This document shows positions 1-15,676 of a stretch of DNA of 64,000 nucleotides, one piece after another (the stretch's first letter is position 1; every line of letters begins with the position of its first letter). This DNA is from Octopus sinensis (Eukaryota): positions 186,001-250,000 of the forward strand of contig NW_021829832.1 in assembly GCF_006345805.1 (NCBI RefSeq), in the 5' to 3' direction. The notes beneath the pieces are model-generated. The model had not been told where the DNA came from. It saw nothing but the letters and a program-made list of their open reading frames with translations, and did no database searches. Position numbers and translations under genes: made by a program.

Positions 1-3000
1 GTTTATTTGTCATAATAAGTGTGTTCAGCATTTGGGGACTGATTTCCACTTGCATTACGATGCCATGCTTATATTGGAGAACATGTTCGACACTGCCAGA
101 GTCGACCCTGCTTTGTCCAATAAACTACTCGACGCGTCCATCTCTCCAAAGGAATCTGTCGTGATTGTCGTCTTATTGAATGATTGGCTTATTAGAGTAT
201 CGAGGAAGCCCTCTTGTATATGTACCGTGTTCTGCGGGAGGACGACTTGTATTATTCCTACTGGCTATACAACTCGACATATCGCGAGTCGTGTGAAGGA
301 CTCCTCTACAAATTAACAGGGAGAATTGACTCTGCAGAAGCTGGTCTATATGGGGTAGTGTGGTAGTGATATGGCATAGGGACTCCAAAAGGCATTGGTG
401 GACATTAAGGCACGCACTGTCAAGGGAAAGAAACACCGAGAAGTAAAAATGATTCAAGAGGAGTGGATCAGGTATTTACTGTTAGTGGATAATGTCAGTG
501 CTGCACGAGAATTGAACCGTTGGAAGCCTCTTTTGCCTCAAGGAGAGAATGAGCGATATTTTGGACTGGAGGCCCTGGAGGCGTGTTGGAGATTGGGTGC
601 AGTTGACAAATTCAATGACCTCCTGCCCGATGTTGAGGAGCGATATTCTGACCATAATCCGTGGAGGGTCTTTGTGTTGAAGGCTTCACAAAAGTTGTCA
701 TCTGTAGAAGAAGGAATTATTTCCTCCAAGAATGCCCTCGAAGAGGTAGTCTGTTCATCTTATTTCAGTGTGAGACGCTTTGTAGAAATGGTCTGACTTC
801 TCTCCATGAGACAATTCGATGTACCCCTTTCCGTCCGACAATGCAGCACAGTCAGTACATCATGGTGGGTGTCCACTTGCATGCTACGACTAGGGATTCC
901 AACTTTTGATCGAGCTGACAGAGGGGGTCACTCTTTTCAACCAAATCCTGTCAGGCCACGATTGGATTAATCATACCAGCAAGGGGCTAACCAACTTACA
1001 AAAGGCCTGGATGTTTGTATTTGAATGTTCCATGATAGGGATCGCCAATATTCTCAGGTCGACAGCTGTGCGGATTGGACACTTATTGAGACCTATCGAA
1101 AGCTGATTACTCGCATTGCCACTTCTGTGCTTACACCATCTCCTGAACATGTAATTTTTTCATTTCATTCAAGTCCTTGGTATTGAAAAATTTGAACAGG
1201 GCGACTGACTCGAGTACTGCTTTGGTGGCCAAATTGTGCAGAAAACGATATAGCCTTGTCACTGCTCTTGAGATATTAAAACAGTTTCCCTTTTGTCGGC
1301 ATTTTAGAATGAGATATACCCCCGGAGAAACCTCCATTTTGCAGACCATTGATTACATTCGCTGTTATTGCAAAATTTATAAGTATGGGCCACACAGTGA
1401 AGAGACCAAGAAAAAGCTGGCAGATATCCTCAACTGCACAAAGGACGTGTTTGATCCTGAGGATGATGTTTATTATGATTACAGACGGGTGGCAGGGCGT
1501 GCTTATACTCTTATCGACGAGTTTTAAATGTTTTCACTCATTCTTACAGGATGGATTTGGGGATGGATATTCTGGAAAATTGTATTGATGACCCTGCATA
1601 CGACCCGAAAGCATGGGGCATATTGTCCTCTATTTTGGAGACAAACCATAATTTGGAAGAGTAGTATTCACTGCTCACCCTTCAGTAATAATATGCAACT
1701 GCTTAAATTTATTGCCGTTGGTTATCTGCATGCGTCACGGGTGAACTGTCCCTATAAGGCCCGTGCTTATGTGGGGAAGTGTATTTATCTTCTCTACTAC
1801 GACGATGCTGCTGGGTCGATCGCCCATGCTATGTCTGCTTGCGTTCTGGGGAATCCCGCCTGTGACTGGCTGGTTTGGTAAGCATTTAATCAACGAGTGT
1901 GCACAGGGCATATCATGTGATTGATTGGCACTGTTCTGTCTCCCACGACGGTCTCATTGGGATCATCGAGGTTATGGTTCAGATGGTTTCGGAGCCAATA
2001 GTTGCCCATTTGTCCTACCTCATGAGCAATCACACCCGTAAATGCTGTTTTCCCAATGTCTTAGATGAGGAGTCCATCCACACAAGGGCACGTGATTTGA
2101 TGAATCACATCCAAAGTCGGAGCCCTCTGTTTATATCCTCCATTTCAAAATTATATAATGACGTATTGTGTCCTGTCATTGTCTTAGTTCAATAAACTGG
2201 GGGCGAATATTTTGGAAAAGTTATACAGACTGTTGAACGAGTGTTTGCGTGTATCATTGAACTGCGCATACTCAATAAAAGACGGTTTTCTTGTCATTTA
2301 ATTCGCTTTAGTGGTTTATGGCAAGTGTTCTGGTCAAGTCATTGATGCCGTGACACAAATAATTAATTTGTTTGCCGACGAGGATTTCAAAATGGACGAA
2401 TTGCACCAAAACATGTTCTTCAAGGAGAGGACTGTCCATTTCGCCATAATGTCACAAGAGGAGTACAATTTGATGAGAAGTGAGATTATGGCCACATTTG
2501 CATTCGCGTTGTCCTCAATTGATATTTCCAGTGACGTTGAGGCACTGTCACTGCAGTACATTATTGTGCGCTGTCGGGACTGGATTGCCGATTTAGAGAC
2601 ACGCCTGTTCAACAGTAAGCGAGAGATATGCGTGGAGAATACTTGTCAGTATATGACCACGTTTTCGACGACAGTTGGAGATATAGTTCTGCCTGATAAC
2701 TCGACGTGGTTTAAGCGCTATGTTAGGCCAAAATACATTCTCGCTGTTTCCTCCCGAATTACTCTTGTCGCATTCCGTGGACAGATTGCAAAGAAAGTGA
2801 CGGTGATGGGCGACGATGGAAAGGTTTGGGGGTGTGATTGACTTAGAATTACTACTATTATATTCTCGGCGGACACACATACAAGTCGATGAGACAGAAA
2901 CGAGCTATCAAGATTTTGTTCACGTTTGTGGACTCGATCTGCAGGAAATATCAGGTGAATGTGGGTGGTCATTTGTAGGAGACCAATTTACGTCACATGC

Positions 3001-3943
3001 GATGTCCTGTGTTGGGCACTGTCGCCTACTCCACGGAAGTATACATTCAGCAGATCACCCAGGACTTGTTCTCTTTCGAGGACATATACAAAATGGTTGG
3101 CACTGGCTCATAATTCTCCAGTGCTGTGTCCGCAATCAAGTCGACTACTTTACTCCTGTAGCCAAATACTACGAGTATATGACGAGTGCGATTGAGAACA
3201 AGGAGGAGATTAGTCCACAGGTACTCCTCCGCTGGTTCAACGACGTCTCCACTACACACAAGTCGGGGTGGTTGAGGAGGTTTCTGCTCGTCTTGTACGA
3301 CCAGCCGTCAGAATATCTCAATTTCCGGAGAATGGTGAATTGTGCACTCTCAGTGTGCTAGTTTGTTGGCAATTTGACGGCCATCTACTTTGTGAGTCAC
3401 ATATTCGTGATGGAGCCGATGACACTCGACAAAATGTTCCTCAACTCCAAATATGGGAAATTTCACATGATTGACTGGCAATTCAAATCCTCGGATATTA
3501 AAGGTTATAATAAGAGTAGTCGAACTGACAGATCCGCCATGTGCCTACCGCCTGACTCCCAACTTGTGTGCTCTTCTGGGGGATAGATTTTTGGTTGGAC
3601 CAATGTTTGTGTCGATGTTGTCGCTTGTCCGTTCTTTCACGATGGAATGCGAACTTGTCTCGGGAGTAATCAAGGTCTGTATGTCTGCCCGAATAAGAGT
3701 TTGTGTATTCTCACCATTGCTTAGGACGAGCTCAGGACGAGTAATCAGGCTGTCGTTAATATTTTGGCCAAGTTTTATAAACAAGTAGTCCGCAAATTAG
3801 AAGGTTTCGTTCTTATGCTGAGTGGTGTAGTGTTACAAGCCAATGATGAACAAGAACAAGCAAATGTTATCACCCTCTATCGGTCTGTCAGTGACCCGGC
3901 TTTTTTATCCAAGATGAATCCTACTTTTTTCCCTCATTTTTGA
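1..3943 (+). CDS. TRRAP: TRRAP/Tra1-like PIKK-family pseudokinase, 3' portion (FAT, kinase-like, FATC); multi-exon, starts left of the window
   Basis: Exon fragments give FRGHIQNG (cf. TRRAP 'IRGHNG'), ELTDPPCAYRLTPNL (cf. 'PVPFRLTPN') and a FATC-like end NVITLYRSVSDPAFLSKMNPTFFPHF followed by TGA at 3941-3943. Frame changes coincide with short GT..AG segments. Full exon structure not resolved. Confidence 0.75.
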
Positions 3944-4209
3944 ACTTTTTTGATTCATTCTATTTTCCATTTATTTTGTCTGTTTTTTATCATATTCCAG
4001 CGCGACTTTACTCAAAAGAGCAAATCCTGCACATCTTTCTTTATCAGCTTGCTTTTCCGACTCTACAAACAAATCTAGACAACTAATTTCCATTGTTAAA
4101 ACTTATTAAATAAGCATAGGCATTACTCACTTGGAAGGCTGTCTTAATATTTTTTAATAAATACAAATATTGTTTATTATTTGCACTTTTAGTTTAAACT
4201 GTGAATCAT

Positions 4210-6600
4210 TATTATAATTATCTGATCAGACCTCCCAATTGACTGGAGTTATTTTCCTGAAATTACTCCTCCCGATTGCGGAGTGTTTGCTTGTGGAACG
4301 GCTATTTCTTATGTTGATTTTTTTGGTGCGATGTATCACTGTGTCTGAGTGGAGGGGATACTTTTTACTAGAACATGCAATTGGTTAGACTGACCGAAGT
4401 AAAAAACATCCTCCGTACAGCACAGCTAGGGCGAGGACGGGTACGAACAGCCAAGCATAGTAAAGGTACATTAATTGTGTTGTGCGTTATGCTCGAACTT
4501 TAATCCAATTATATCGCCAGCGTCAATCGTCCGAAATACCACAAACTGTTCTCTTCATGCCTCACCTCCCTTAATGAGATATTTTGAGATGACTTTTTTT
4601 CGTTTAAGGCCAACATGAACTGGAGTTTATTTGAATCATATATGCGGGATTCTTTTCGAAATGTCGTGTTCCAGCCTCTGAGAGGCAGAGATGATATTGA
4701 CAATCTCGATGATCACCTTAGATCGTCAATCATAAAATTCCTGGATGTTTATGCATTAAAAAATGTATGAAAACCTAAAGGAACGCAAAAGCGGATGAAT
4801 TCGAAACTTGTCACTCTGAAGGTACTCTGGAAAATCGCAGGAGAAGATGTCGGGTTGAGTCAATTAAATGCCGCCTGAAATTGGAGATCGACAAGATAAA
4901 ATCTACTATTGCAAAAATGGCAAGACTGAGGTCGAAAGTAAATAGAGGTCTGAATGCAGAAAACTGGATAAGCGAAACCCTAATTTCTAGAGAGCATATC
5001 AACGCCTTACCAGAAATGATTCCAAAGGATTTGAAATTTCACTAAAAGAACCAGACGGGAAATATATCTCCTCTGATCGTATCCCGGAAGTACTCAGGAA
5101 CCAACTCAGTCAGGTTCAAGAGGTCGAATCTACCGTTCCACTTGGGACTTATGACCGAATTGTGAAGAAGCTTGGCTCTTCGCAATTATCGGAGGGACCA
5201 TTATGTGGGGCGATAACACAGGAAGAGGTTGAAAGGGCAATTGCTGGGTTGAAGAACAAGGCGCCTGGCTTCGACTACATCCCTCAGATGTTGTCGAAGA
5301 AGGCCCCTGAAATCTTGATACGAGCACTGACTATGTTGTTTCACGCCAGTTGGACGTTTGGACACTTTCCATCGGCGTGGAAGCATACGATTGTTCGAAT
5401 GATTCCAAAATCTGGTAAATCGACACTGCTGGCACAGAACTACCGGCCAATTAGCCTCATTTGTGCTTTCTCTAAAACAATGGAAAAGATTGTCCTTAAC
5501 AGACTCTCTGGTCATATAGAATCACAAAATTTGCTTTTACCCGAACAATGGGGATTTCGTGAAGGAAGATCCACAGGAGACTGCCTCAGGGAGTTAGAGC
5601 ACCAATTATCCCGTGCTGACAGAAATAAAGCATGGCTAACTGTGGTGTGTCTAGACCTGGCAAAGCCTTCGATAGCGTGTGGCACCTGGGCCTACTCTCC
5701 AGAGTCCATGACACCGGAGTCGGGATAAAGACGTATCGATGGCTGGAGAGCTTCTTGTCAGGAAGACAATCATTTGTCCGCTGTGGAAACCGCCTATCGG
5801 GGTGTGTGGAACTTAGAAGGGGAGTCCCGCAGGGATCTATCTTGAGTCCACTTCTGTTCAACCTCTTCTTGGCGGACATTCCTCTGCCGTCGACACGTAC
5901 TGGCAAGCTCGTTATCTATGCTGACGATATCCTGGTCATGGATACCTCGAAAAGGATATCGCAGTCTTGGAGACGACTTAAATCATGCATTGCAACGCTA
6001 AAGATGTGGACTATAGAGAAAGGTTTGACCCTAACACCGGAGAAGAGCACCATTTCATGGTTGCGGAGAGGGAGTCGCTATGCGGAGTCGTGTGCATATG
6101 CGATGAGTAGTTATGTGATGGATCTCTCGAAAAGCAAAAATCTTTATTACCTGGGAGCAACCATCAACTGTCGTGGCTCGTACGCAGACCATATAGCAAA
6201 TCAGAGAAAGAGGAGTGTGAGGATCCTCAAAAGCTTAACCAGGTCCCATCTGGATCCGGAAACGTACATCTACGTATACAAAACGTGTGTGCAGCCAGTC
6301 CTCACATATGGCTACGAGGGCTGGTACGGAGGAGAGTGACTACCTGATCGAACAGTTGGAAAAGACAAGACGTTTCGCTATGAAATTGGCTTACGGAGTA
6401 CAACTTGACGGAAGGTTAAAAGACTCACAAGAATCCTCTGTGCCCACAATCCGGATGGTCTTGGAGAATTGTTGTCAACTATGACTACAATTGGAGATAC
6501 GCATGGAAAGAGACACTTCGGTGCCTTGCTTTTATCTCCCCGTTAATGATTTCTTCCTTGTTTTTCTTTTCGGTCAATAAATACTATTCTATTCTTCTAT
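4210..6600 (+). mobile_element. Decayed APE-type non-LTR retrotransposon (jockey/L2-like group); RT in ORFs 5162-5728 and 5632-6339
   Basis: RT motifs NYRPISL, QWGFREGRST, GVPQGSILSPLLFN and YADD, broken by frameshifts. 3' end has AATAAA followed by short (CTATT)-like repeats at about 6575-6600. The 5' boundary is approximate. Confidence 0.85.
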
Positions 6601-7252
6601 AGGCCAGCATGGACAGTGACCCGCAAACAAAGATGAGTAAGGATGTTCTTACGATCAATCTTTGATCAGATTAAAAGTAGTTCAGGGATTTTTTCTAAAC
6701 GAGAGTCACGTCCTCACTGTCAGTTTTTATTACTTTGTTTGTAATTGACTAATAGTTTGTAGTAAATCACTATACTCGCAAATTTAGTTAGTTTCGTGTA
6801 GAGCTTGGTTTATGTTTAATTAATTTTAAGAGTTTGTTATTTGAGCTATGTTATAAGAATACAAACAGAACAATCTCAAAAAATGACACTGGGAACTTTG
6901 GTAAAAGCAAAATAAGAAATAAAACTTTTGGGAATGTGGCATGTTTTTTGCTTTTTTTCTCTTTCGGCCAACAAAAAGAACTGAGCAAAATTGTAAAATT
7001 TGGACAATCTTTAGGTGTTGATCTGTGGAAAAAATATCTATGTGGTCACAAAAACTAAACAAAGGGAGATCAAAAGATAAAAAAATTGTAAAGATTGACT
7101 AGACAGGAAAGGGGAGGCAAATAATATTAAGATTTAAAATTTTATAAAGACCTAAAAAATATGTTAGATTGATTGCTTAATAATGTATTATGTACATTAT
7201 ATAATTATATAAATAAATAAAAATAATACCATTTTAGTCGTTGGCACACCTA

Positions 7253-7824
<572 letters not shown>

Positions 7825-8174
7825 TTTTTGTTGTTAAATTCACTATTTTGTTACTTTTTTCATTTTTTGATTATTTCGTAATAAGTTTTTTCATGACGTA
7901 AATTGTTTGTTAAAAATTTGCGTTTCCTGATGGTAAATGGAGCTTTTAATCTCATGAAAATATCCCATTCGTGCTTCTATCTGTTCTTTGAATCCAAACT
8001 CGTCTGTGTCTATTACATTCAGACTTATCCTTTATCAAAGATTTGATTACAACACTTAGAGATGTTGATTGGTGCATTTTTGCGTGATCGACTTTTAGAA
8101 ATAACTTAAAACTGGACTAGAACTATAATGGTGTTGATTAGGCAATTAAAATGTAATTAGTTATTTTACACTTA

Positions 8175-9875
8175 TCACTTAATAGACGTGTAGTGGGATG
8201 TTTTGAGATATCTATAAACCGACACAGCATCAAACACGACGAAGATGATAAAAACTGAGACGATACACACTGAGAAAATAATGGCAATTTTGCTCGACCA
8301 GTCAGCTTCTATGATTTTCTTTACTTTCCGATGTTCTTAATATAGTATATATAAATACTTATTCGACACATCAACGCATTTCCACTCCAATTTCCATGAT
8401 TTGTACAATTTCGGATAAAATCTCCTGCAACTTTTTCGTGGTTTTTCAAACATTCAAAATAAGCAATGCTACTAAATGTTGTCCCCGTAAAGTTTATGAC
8501 AACTGTCGAGTTTGATGGCACCGGAACCGGACATTTAATTTCTTAATTTTAAAACTAGCAAGCCAACCCGTGCAGTTTATAGGGTTAGAACCAGACCAGG
8601 TCATGTCAAGGTTACACGTCGAGTTCAGGTCTCCATTAATATACTTGTATCCCTGTTTGCAGCGAAATTGCACCACATATTGATATAAATAATTTTCTCC
8701 GAGTATAAACGAATTATTAGCAATGTATGGGGGATTGCATTCCAGTCCTTTCGAATTAGACATTCCAATACTTTTACAGACAGGTTTTTTGCCAGACCAC
8801 GTTAAATTTGACTGGCACGTTCTAATGAGATCCCCATCCACCAAATTATTTCCCAGGAGGCAGTGATAAGTGTAATTTCCACCGATGTGTAGATCGTTGA
8901 AAATTTCGAAAGTATTGGGCACTGGAAGAAGAGTTGGACATTTCCCCACTAGGCTTGTATTTTAAGAATCAAACAATCGCAAACTAACTCTTTTCCTATC
9001 CATAGGCCTTCGGATCCACAGAGATGAGTTGTATCGCCTTTTTGAAATCGATAGCCACTCTGACATGTGTAATTGATTACGTCAAATGAAACAAATCTTT
9101 TGCTTTTTGTTAAAATTATAGAATTTTTGTAGATAACTGGAGATTGACAGGTCCGCCCTGTCAAATTGAATTTTTCAAATTTGGACTTTTGCATTTAAAA
9201 TTTTCAGATCCAATCCATGTTTTATTCGCTGCACATTTGACCCAAGAAGTGGCGTAAGTGCTGTAATATCCAGCCTTGCAAACATAAAATGCTTTGGACA
9301 TGAAGTTTGTCTGTTTGAAGATTATTTCGGCGTTATGGACTGATGGAGGCAATCCGCAGTCAATTTCTAGATAATGATTCCTCAAATACTCACTTTTACA
9401 AATTAAAGTTTTTTTTGACCATTTTTTGTTGAAGGTGCATTCCCTAACTGCGGGACCATCGACGTATTCATAGCCTTCATCACATTCTTGGTAGACCTTT
9501 CCTTGGAAATAATAGTCGGTTAAAAGGACTAAATTTACGTGCATTGGTTTCGGAGGAGGACCACAATATATTTCTAGTAAAAGTAAATCGAATAGTCATA
9601 CTATTGCAAGTAATGTTAAGATTCGACCATGTTCTATTGGATAGGCATTTTATCATCATTTCTGAAATCCCACTTTTAATTTCATAGCCTTTTTCACAAC
9701 GAATCACAACTAAAGCTCCGATGTTAAAAGATTGTCCTATTTTAATACAATTCTCGCATGTTTTTGGCTCATCACATTCCTTTGTGGCCGTGTACAAAGT
9801 GCTGGATATAAGTCGAATCATTAAAAAGAAGATCGCCATTTTTATATTGGCCATCGAAATCTCACTTATAAACAA
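8175..9875 (-). CDS. Type I membrane protein: signal peptide, 7 sushi/CCP domains, TM helix, short tail
   Basis: Seven C-x-x-P...C...C...W...C modules (CDEP, CGPP, CGLP, CQSP, CPTL, CNPP, CPVP) separated by phase-1 micro-introns. Last exon gives KIAIIFSVCIVSVFIIFVVFDAVSVYRYLKTSHYTSIK* (TGA at 8175-8177). Start may instead be Met 9854 or 9839. Confidence 0.85.
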
Positions 9876-10068
9876 ATTAGATCATCTAATTATATGTTTA
9901 GGCAATACTCAATACACTAGTAAAGTGGTAAAGTAATATTCTTTTACAATTTAAAATTTATGGCTAAATAAGTCAGTCTATTGATGTATGTTGAAGAAGA
10001 GAGATCAAATTATTTGCTTTGCTGGACTAAGTTGTTTAATTATAGAGTGATAACAAAAATAGACATGA

Positions 10069-11808
10069 TTATTATTATTATTAAAGCAATCTCGCGGAAT
10101 CAAAAAGTTAATTAAGATTCCACTTTTGCCATCCGACTCAGGATACGCTCTGTTAGTCGTATCCACGCTCCCCTGTTACGTGCGAGGTATCTCAGTTCGT
10201 CCAGATCATCGGCCGATTTCAGTTTCCTTCCAATCGACGTGAGATCATGGTCGAGCGTAGTCGGTAATGTTGTTTTTTGTCGGCCCCTATATGCCGTTTT
10301 ATTTAATGAGCAGAAGTAGGATTCCATGTTTTGATTGGCCGGCGTCATTTCCGAGGCTCTTAGGACATGTCCAAAGAGCATCCACTTCGTGAACATCACT
10401 TTCTTTGCAATCTCGGATGTATGGGTGATTCTGTAGAGTTCATTATTGGTCATTTTTTTTGGCCAGTGAATTCCCAGGAGTAGTCGTAGTTGTTTTCTGT
10501 GGAAAGAGTTGAGCTGCTCCAGTTCTTTAGCGGTTAGGCCCCAGGTCCCCGCGTTGTAAAGCAAGATTAGTTCGACAAAGGAGTTGTACAGCCGAATTCG
10601 AAGGCGGGTTCCTATGTACTTGCGCCTCTTCCAGATCGTCCACATTTTTTTGAAGGATGCAACAGCCAGCACTTTCCTTCGAATAACGTCCTCCGAGTCC
10701 CCAAGGAGAGATCCAACTTTCTTGCATGTTCTCCACTTCTCCTCGTTTCTCGTCCCCAGGCGGGATATGGTAGTTCTTTCCGTTTTGTCCGGGTTTATTA
10801 CAAGGGACCAGTCCTTCAACGAATGAGGGATCACTTTTAATAAGTTTTCCAGTGAGTCCTGATCTCGGGAGACGAAATCAATATCGTCGGCGTAAATTAC
10901 TTCCATCACGTTGGTAAAGCATTTATTCCTCCGAAGAGGTCTTAGGGCTGCCTCCAGGTAGATTATAAATAGAACCGGAGATAACGAGTCGCCCTGAGGT
11001 ACGCCAGTGTCGGTTTTAAACTTCATCGAGGTATAGTTTCCCACACGTACGGATAGCGATGTGTTGGCGAGTAAGAATCTGATCATACGTAATGCATCCC
11101 CATCTAGGATGCCTTCCAATACATGCATCAGCTTTTTGCGGTTGATTGTATCGAAAGCACGGGATAGATCGATTCCAAGGATTGAGATTTCTTCTTTGTG
11201 TTTCTGGCACATTGCACACAGCCATCTGTGGCTCCATACTACGTCTGCTGTCGACCTTCCAGGTATGAATCCACTTTGACTCGGGTTTAGGAACTTATTT
11301 ACAGGTCCTGAAATACGATCCAGCACAACAAGGGAAAGTATTTTCCTTAGCGTATTCATTAGCGTAACCGGGCGTAGGCTGTTTAGATTTCCTTTCTCCT
11401 TTCCAGGTTTCTGGATTGGGATCAAAGTGGCATTCCCCGCATCAATGGGCTGTGACATTTGAACGTCCTGTTCAGGACTGTGCAGATCAACTCAACCACT
11501 CTGTCCGGTGCGTATTTTAATAACTCTGCAGTCACGTTGTCTGGTCCCGAAGCTCTGCCATTTTTCTGCTTCCTCAAAGCTGAAAGGACTTCATAGCGGG
11601 TGTTGTCTTTATTAAGTCCTCTGGGTGTTCCTTCGAATGGTTCCAGGTGGTCATTGATATTTAGTCGTCCTTTGTAAAAGGCTGCAATTTTGTTTGCTGA
11701 TTCTTGGTCATCGATTATGGTCTTTCCCGCATCATCGAAGATTACAATTCTCTCCGGTTTGGTATTCCGGGATAGTTTCTTGGCTGCAGCGAACATTTTT
11801 GCTCCATT
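10069..11808 (-). mobile_element. 5'-truncated RTE-like non-LTR retrotransposon; RT ORF 10112-11458
   Basis: GVPQGDSLSP, YADD and RTE-like C-terminus (YNAGTWGLT..FHRKQLR). (TAA)n tail at 10069-10083; ACATGA on both sides (10063-10068, 11809-11814) is a possible TSD; one frameshift near 11440. Confidence 0.9.
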
Positions 11809-11986
11809 ACATGAAAAAAGCGTTTAAATCTAGAATATTTAAGCGAATTAAGTTTATTGAATTATTTATTAATAAATTTAATCTATAAATAAATTATATA
11901 ACTAATAATAATATAAAAGTTGTCGCTAATAATATAAAATTTGTCGCTTGTGGTTGTATTTATTAACCGCTGATTATCTGAACTAA

Positions 11987-13513
<1,527 letters not shown>

Positions 13514-13759
13514 TTTCTTATTTCTTTATTGAGTATGCTTGACTTTCTTTCTCTTTTTATGATAGCTGAAGTTTGGAAAGTAGTCGTTCTATTGATTATT
13601 CAAAGGTCATAACCTATAACCTATAAAACAAAATTTTAACCTAACAATTTTAACTTAAGAATCATTTATTATACAATATAACATAATTCTCTATATTTTC
13701 AATATTAAAATTTTTGTTATCCCTCATAGTGTTTTAATTTGAGAGAAGCATCGTTCTAT

Positions 13760-15100
13760 GGAAGAGGATAAGGCTGACACTTTAAAAGCATACAATATTC
13801 TTCAGGAGAAATTGATGAATTTGTCATCTTATAATTTGACATAAATCATTTTTTTGTAATCGTTCATTCAAATATTTTTCATTATATCTGATTCGTCGTC
13901 AATTTTAAATTCTTTAGCTCATTGTAAGCTAACTCTATTGAGGAGTGAGAACTTCAAATTTGCACAATAATTCTGCTATTATTAAACTAGTTTTAACTGG
14001 AATTGTCGAATAATTTCTAACAATAGAACTGAAGCTTTTTACTAGAGATTCATCTCTTAGGCTATTTTTTGCAGCCTGAACAATGATCCATCATCAGGAA
14101 TTGTTTTGAAAATGTTTATCACATGTATTAAATTTTTGTCATAATAAAATGCAGCAGTTAGCCAAGTACCCCATCTAGTTAAAACTACATGAGGTGGAAT
14201 TCCAATTTCATTAAATAGTCGTTTTCTCTTGTTATTTTGTTATTGCCGCTTGAATTGATGCAATAAGAGAATCAATTTCAGGATAAATAGTCCTGATTTT
14301 CATTGAACAATTATGCATCAGATGAGCAACACAAGTTACGTGAAATAACCTTGGATATAAAAGCTTAAGAACTTTTCCAGCTATAATTAATTGTTAAATT
14401 AAACCTCTAGCATATATTTAGCGGAATCTGTTATTAGAAGAAGGAATATTGTCTTTCAATTAAAACGCATTTAATCGTATCGTCAACAATTTGAATAATT
14501 GTTTCTTTGGTAGAAGTTTTATCAATTTTTACGAAGAAATCAAATAAGTTTTATCGGGATTTTTAAGTATCCCACATTAAAACTGCAACAAATTTTTGAC
14601 TACGAATAGTGACCTCGTCACTTATGGCGAATACAAGTTGATTTCTAAAAAATTTATATTCATAAACCTAAACTTTTCTTGAATAATACAATATATTCAG
14701 TTTTCAATTGTTTAACGCACATTCTTGCTTTGTATTGGAAGGAAGAGGCAAAGAAGTATTCTTGAATAAATTCTTTAGAGGAGGCATAGTCAATTTATGC
14801 AAGGGTATATCGCTTGAATAAATGCTTTAGTGACTTGCATTGACCAGTCATCATTGGGTAACTCGTCCAAACAAAGCTGATAGAAATTATTCTCTAAAAA
14901 TATATTAATTTGTAAAACTTATAAATTTGAGTGCTTCTTCGATTCTCGGTGAGAATTCACAAAATGCTTTTTCTCACACCTCACTGTGCATAAGCAAAGT
15001 TGACATTGCAACTCGCCATTCTCTCGTAATAAAAACTCCAGCGGATATTCAATACAAATTTTTTTGCCTTAAAATACATTGTTTTTGCAGTTCTTGGCAT
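13760..15100 (-). mobile_element. Decayed hAT-family (CGGBP1-like) transposase remnant
   Basis: Minus-strand fragments YPLEFLLRENGELQCQLCLCTVRCEKKHFVNSHRES (BED-like finger) and IPPHVVLTRWGTWLTAAFYY, with many stops and frameshifts. Ends not defined. Confidence 0.6.
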
Positions 15101-15676
15101 ACTAAACACCCACGCCTATTTTTAATAAAGTTAAAATTTTTAACTTTATAAAAAAATTTTTTTTAACTTTTTAATTTTTTTTTTTCTTAATAAGTAACTA
15201 TTTCATTTAAAAAATACTTTATTTTTACTTTTAAGCCAAAATACACATTTTCATATATTTTAACTTTTTTAACTTAAATTGCCCTAGTCATAAAGTGTAT
15301 TGTGACCATTTTCAAATTTGTGTTTGGTTTATTGATTAATGAACAGAATAGTATCCAATGACAAATCATAATTTTAATGACGGAGTTTGTTCTTATGACA
15401 AATTGGGTATATTTTTCAGCATTTGTGGTATTTAAATGTAACACAAAAATATATTTGTTCATTGTTGAATGTAAATGCAATAAACACTTTTGTTTTTGAC
15501 ATAAAGTAAAATAAAAATTGTGAGAAAATGTTCTGTCTAATACATCTCAATAATTTTTTAAATTTACATAGAAATACGTTTTATTGAATTATTTATTTTA
15601 TTATAAAATTTTGGTAGTCAAGAGATAGTTTGAAAGACAAAATGTTTATTCAATGAACTAAAACACAAATTTTAGA

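Noticed and set aside
7230-7252. TTTTAG upstream of several ATGs (E2, EF-hand gene) as spliced-leader trans-splice acceptors
   Set aside because: The hexamer is common in such AT-rich DNA and absent before other starts; this needs 5' cDNA ends.
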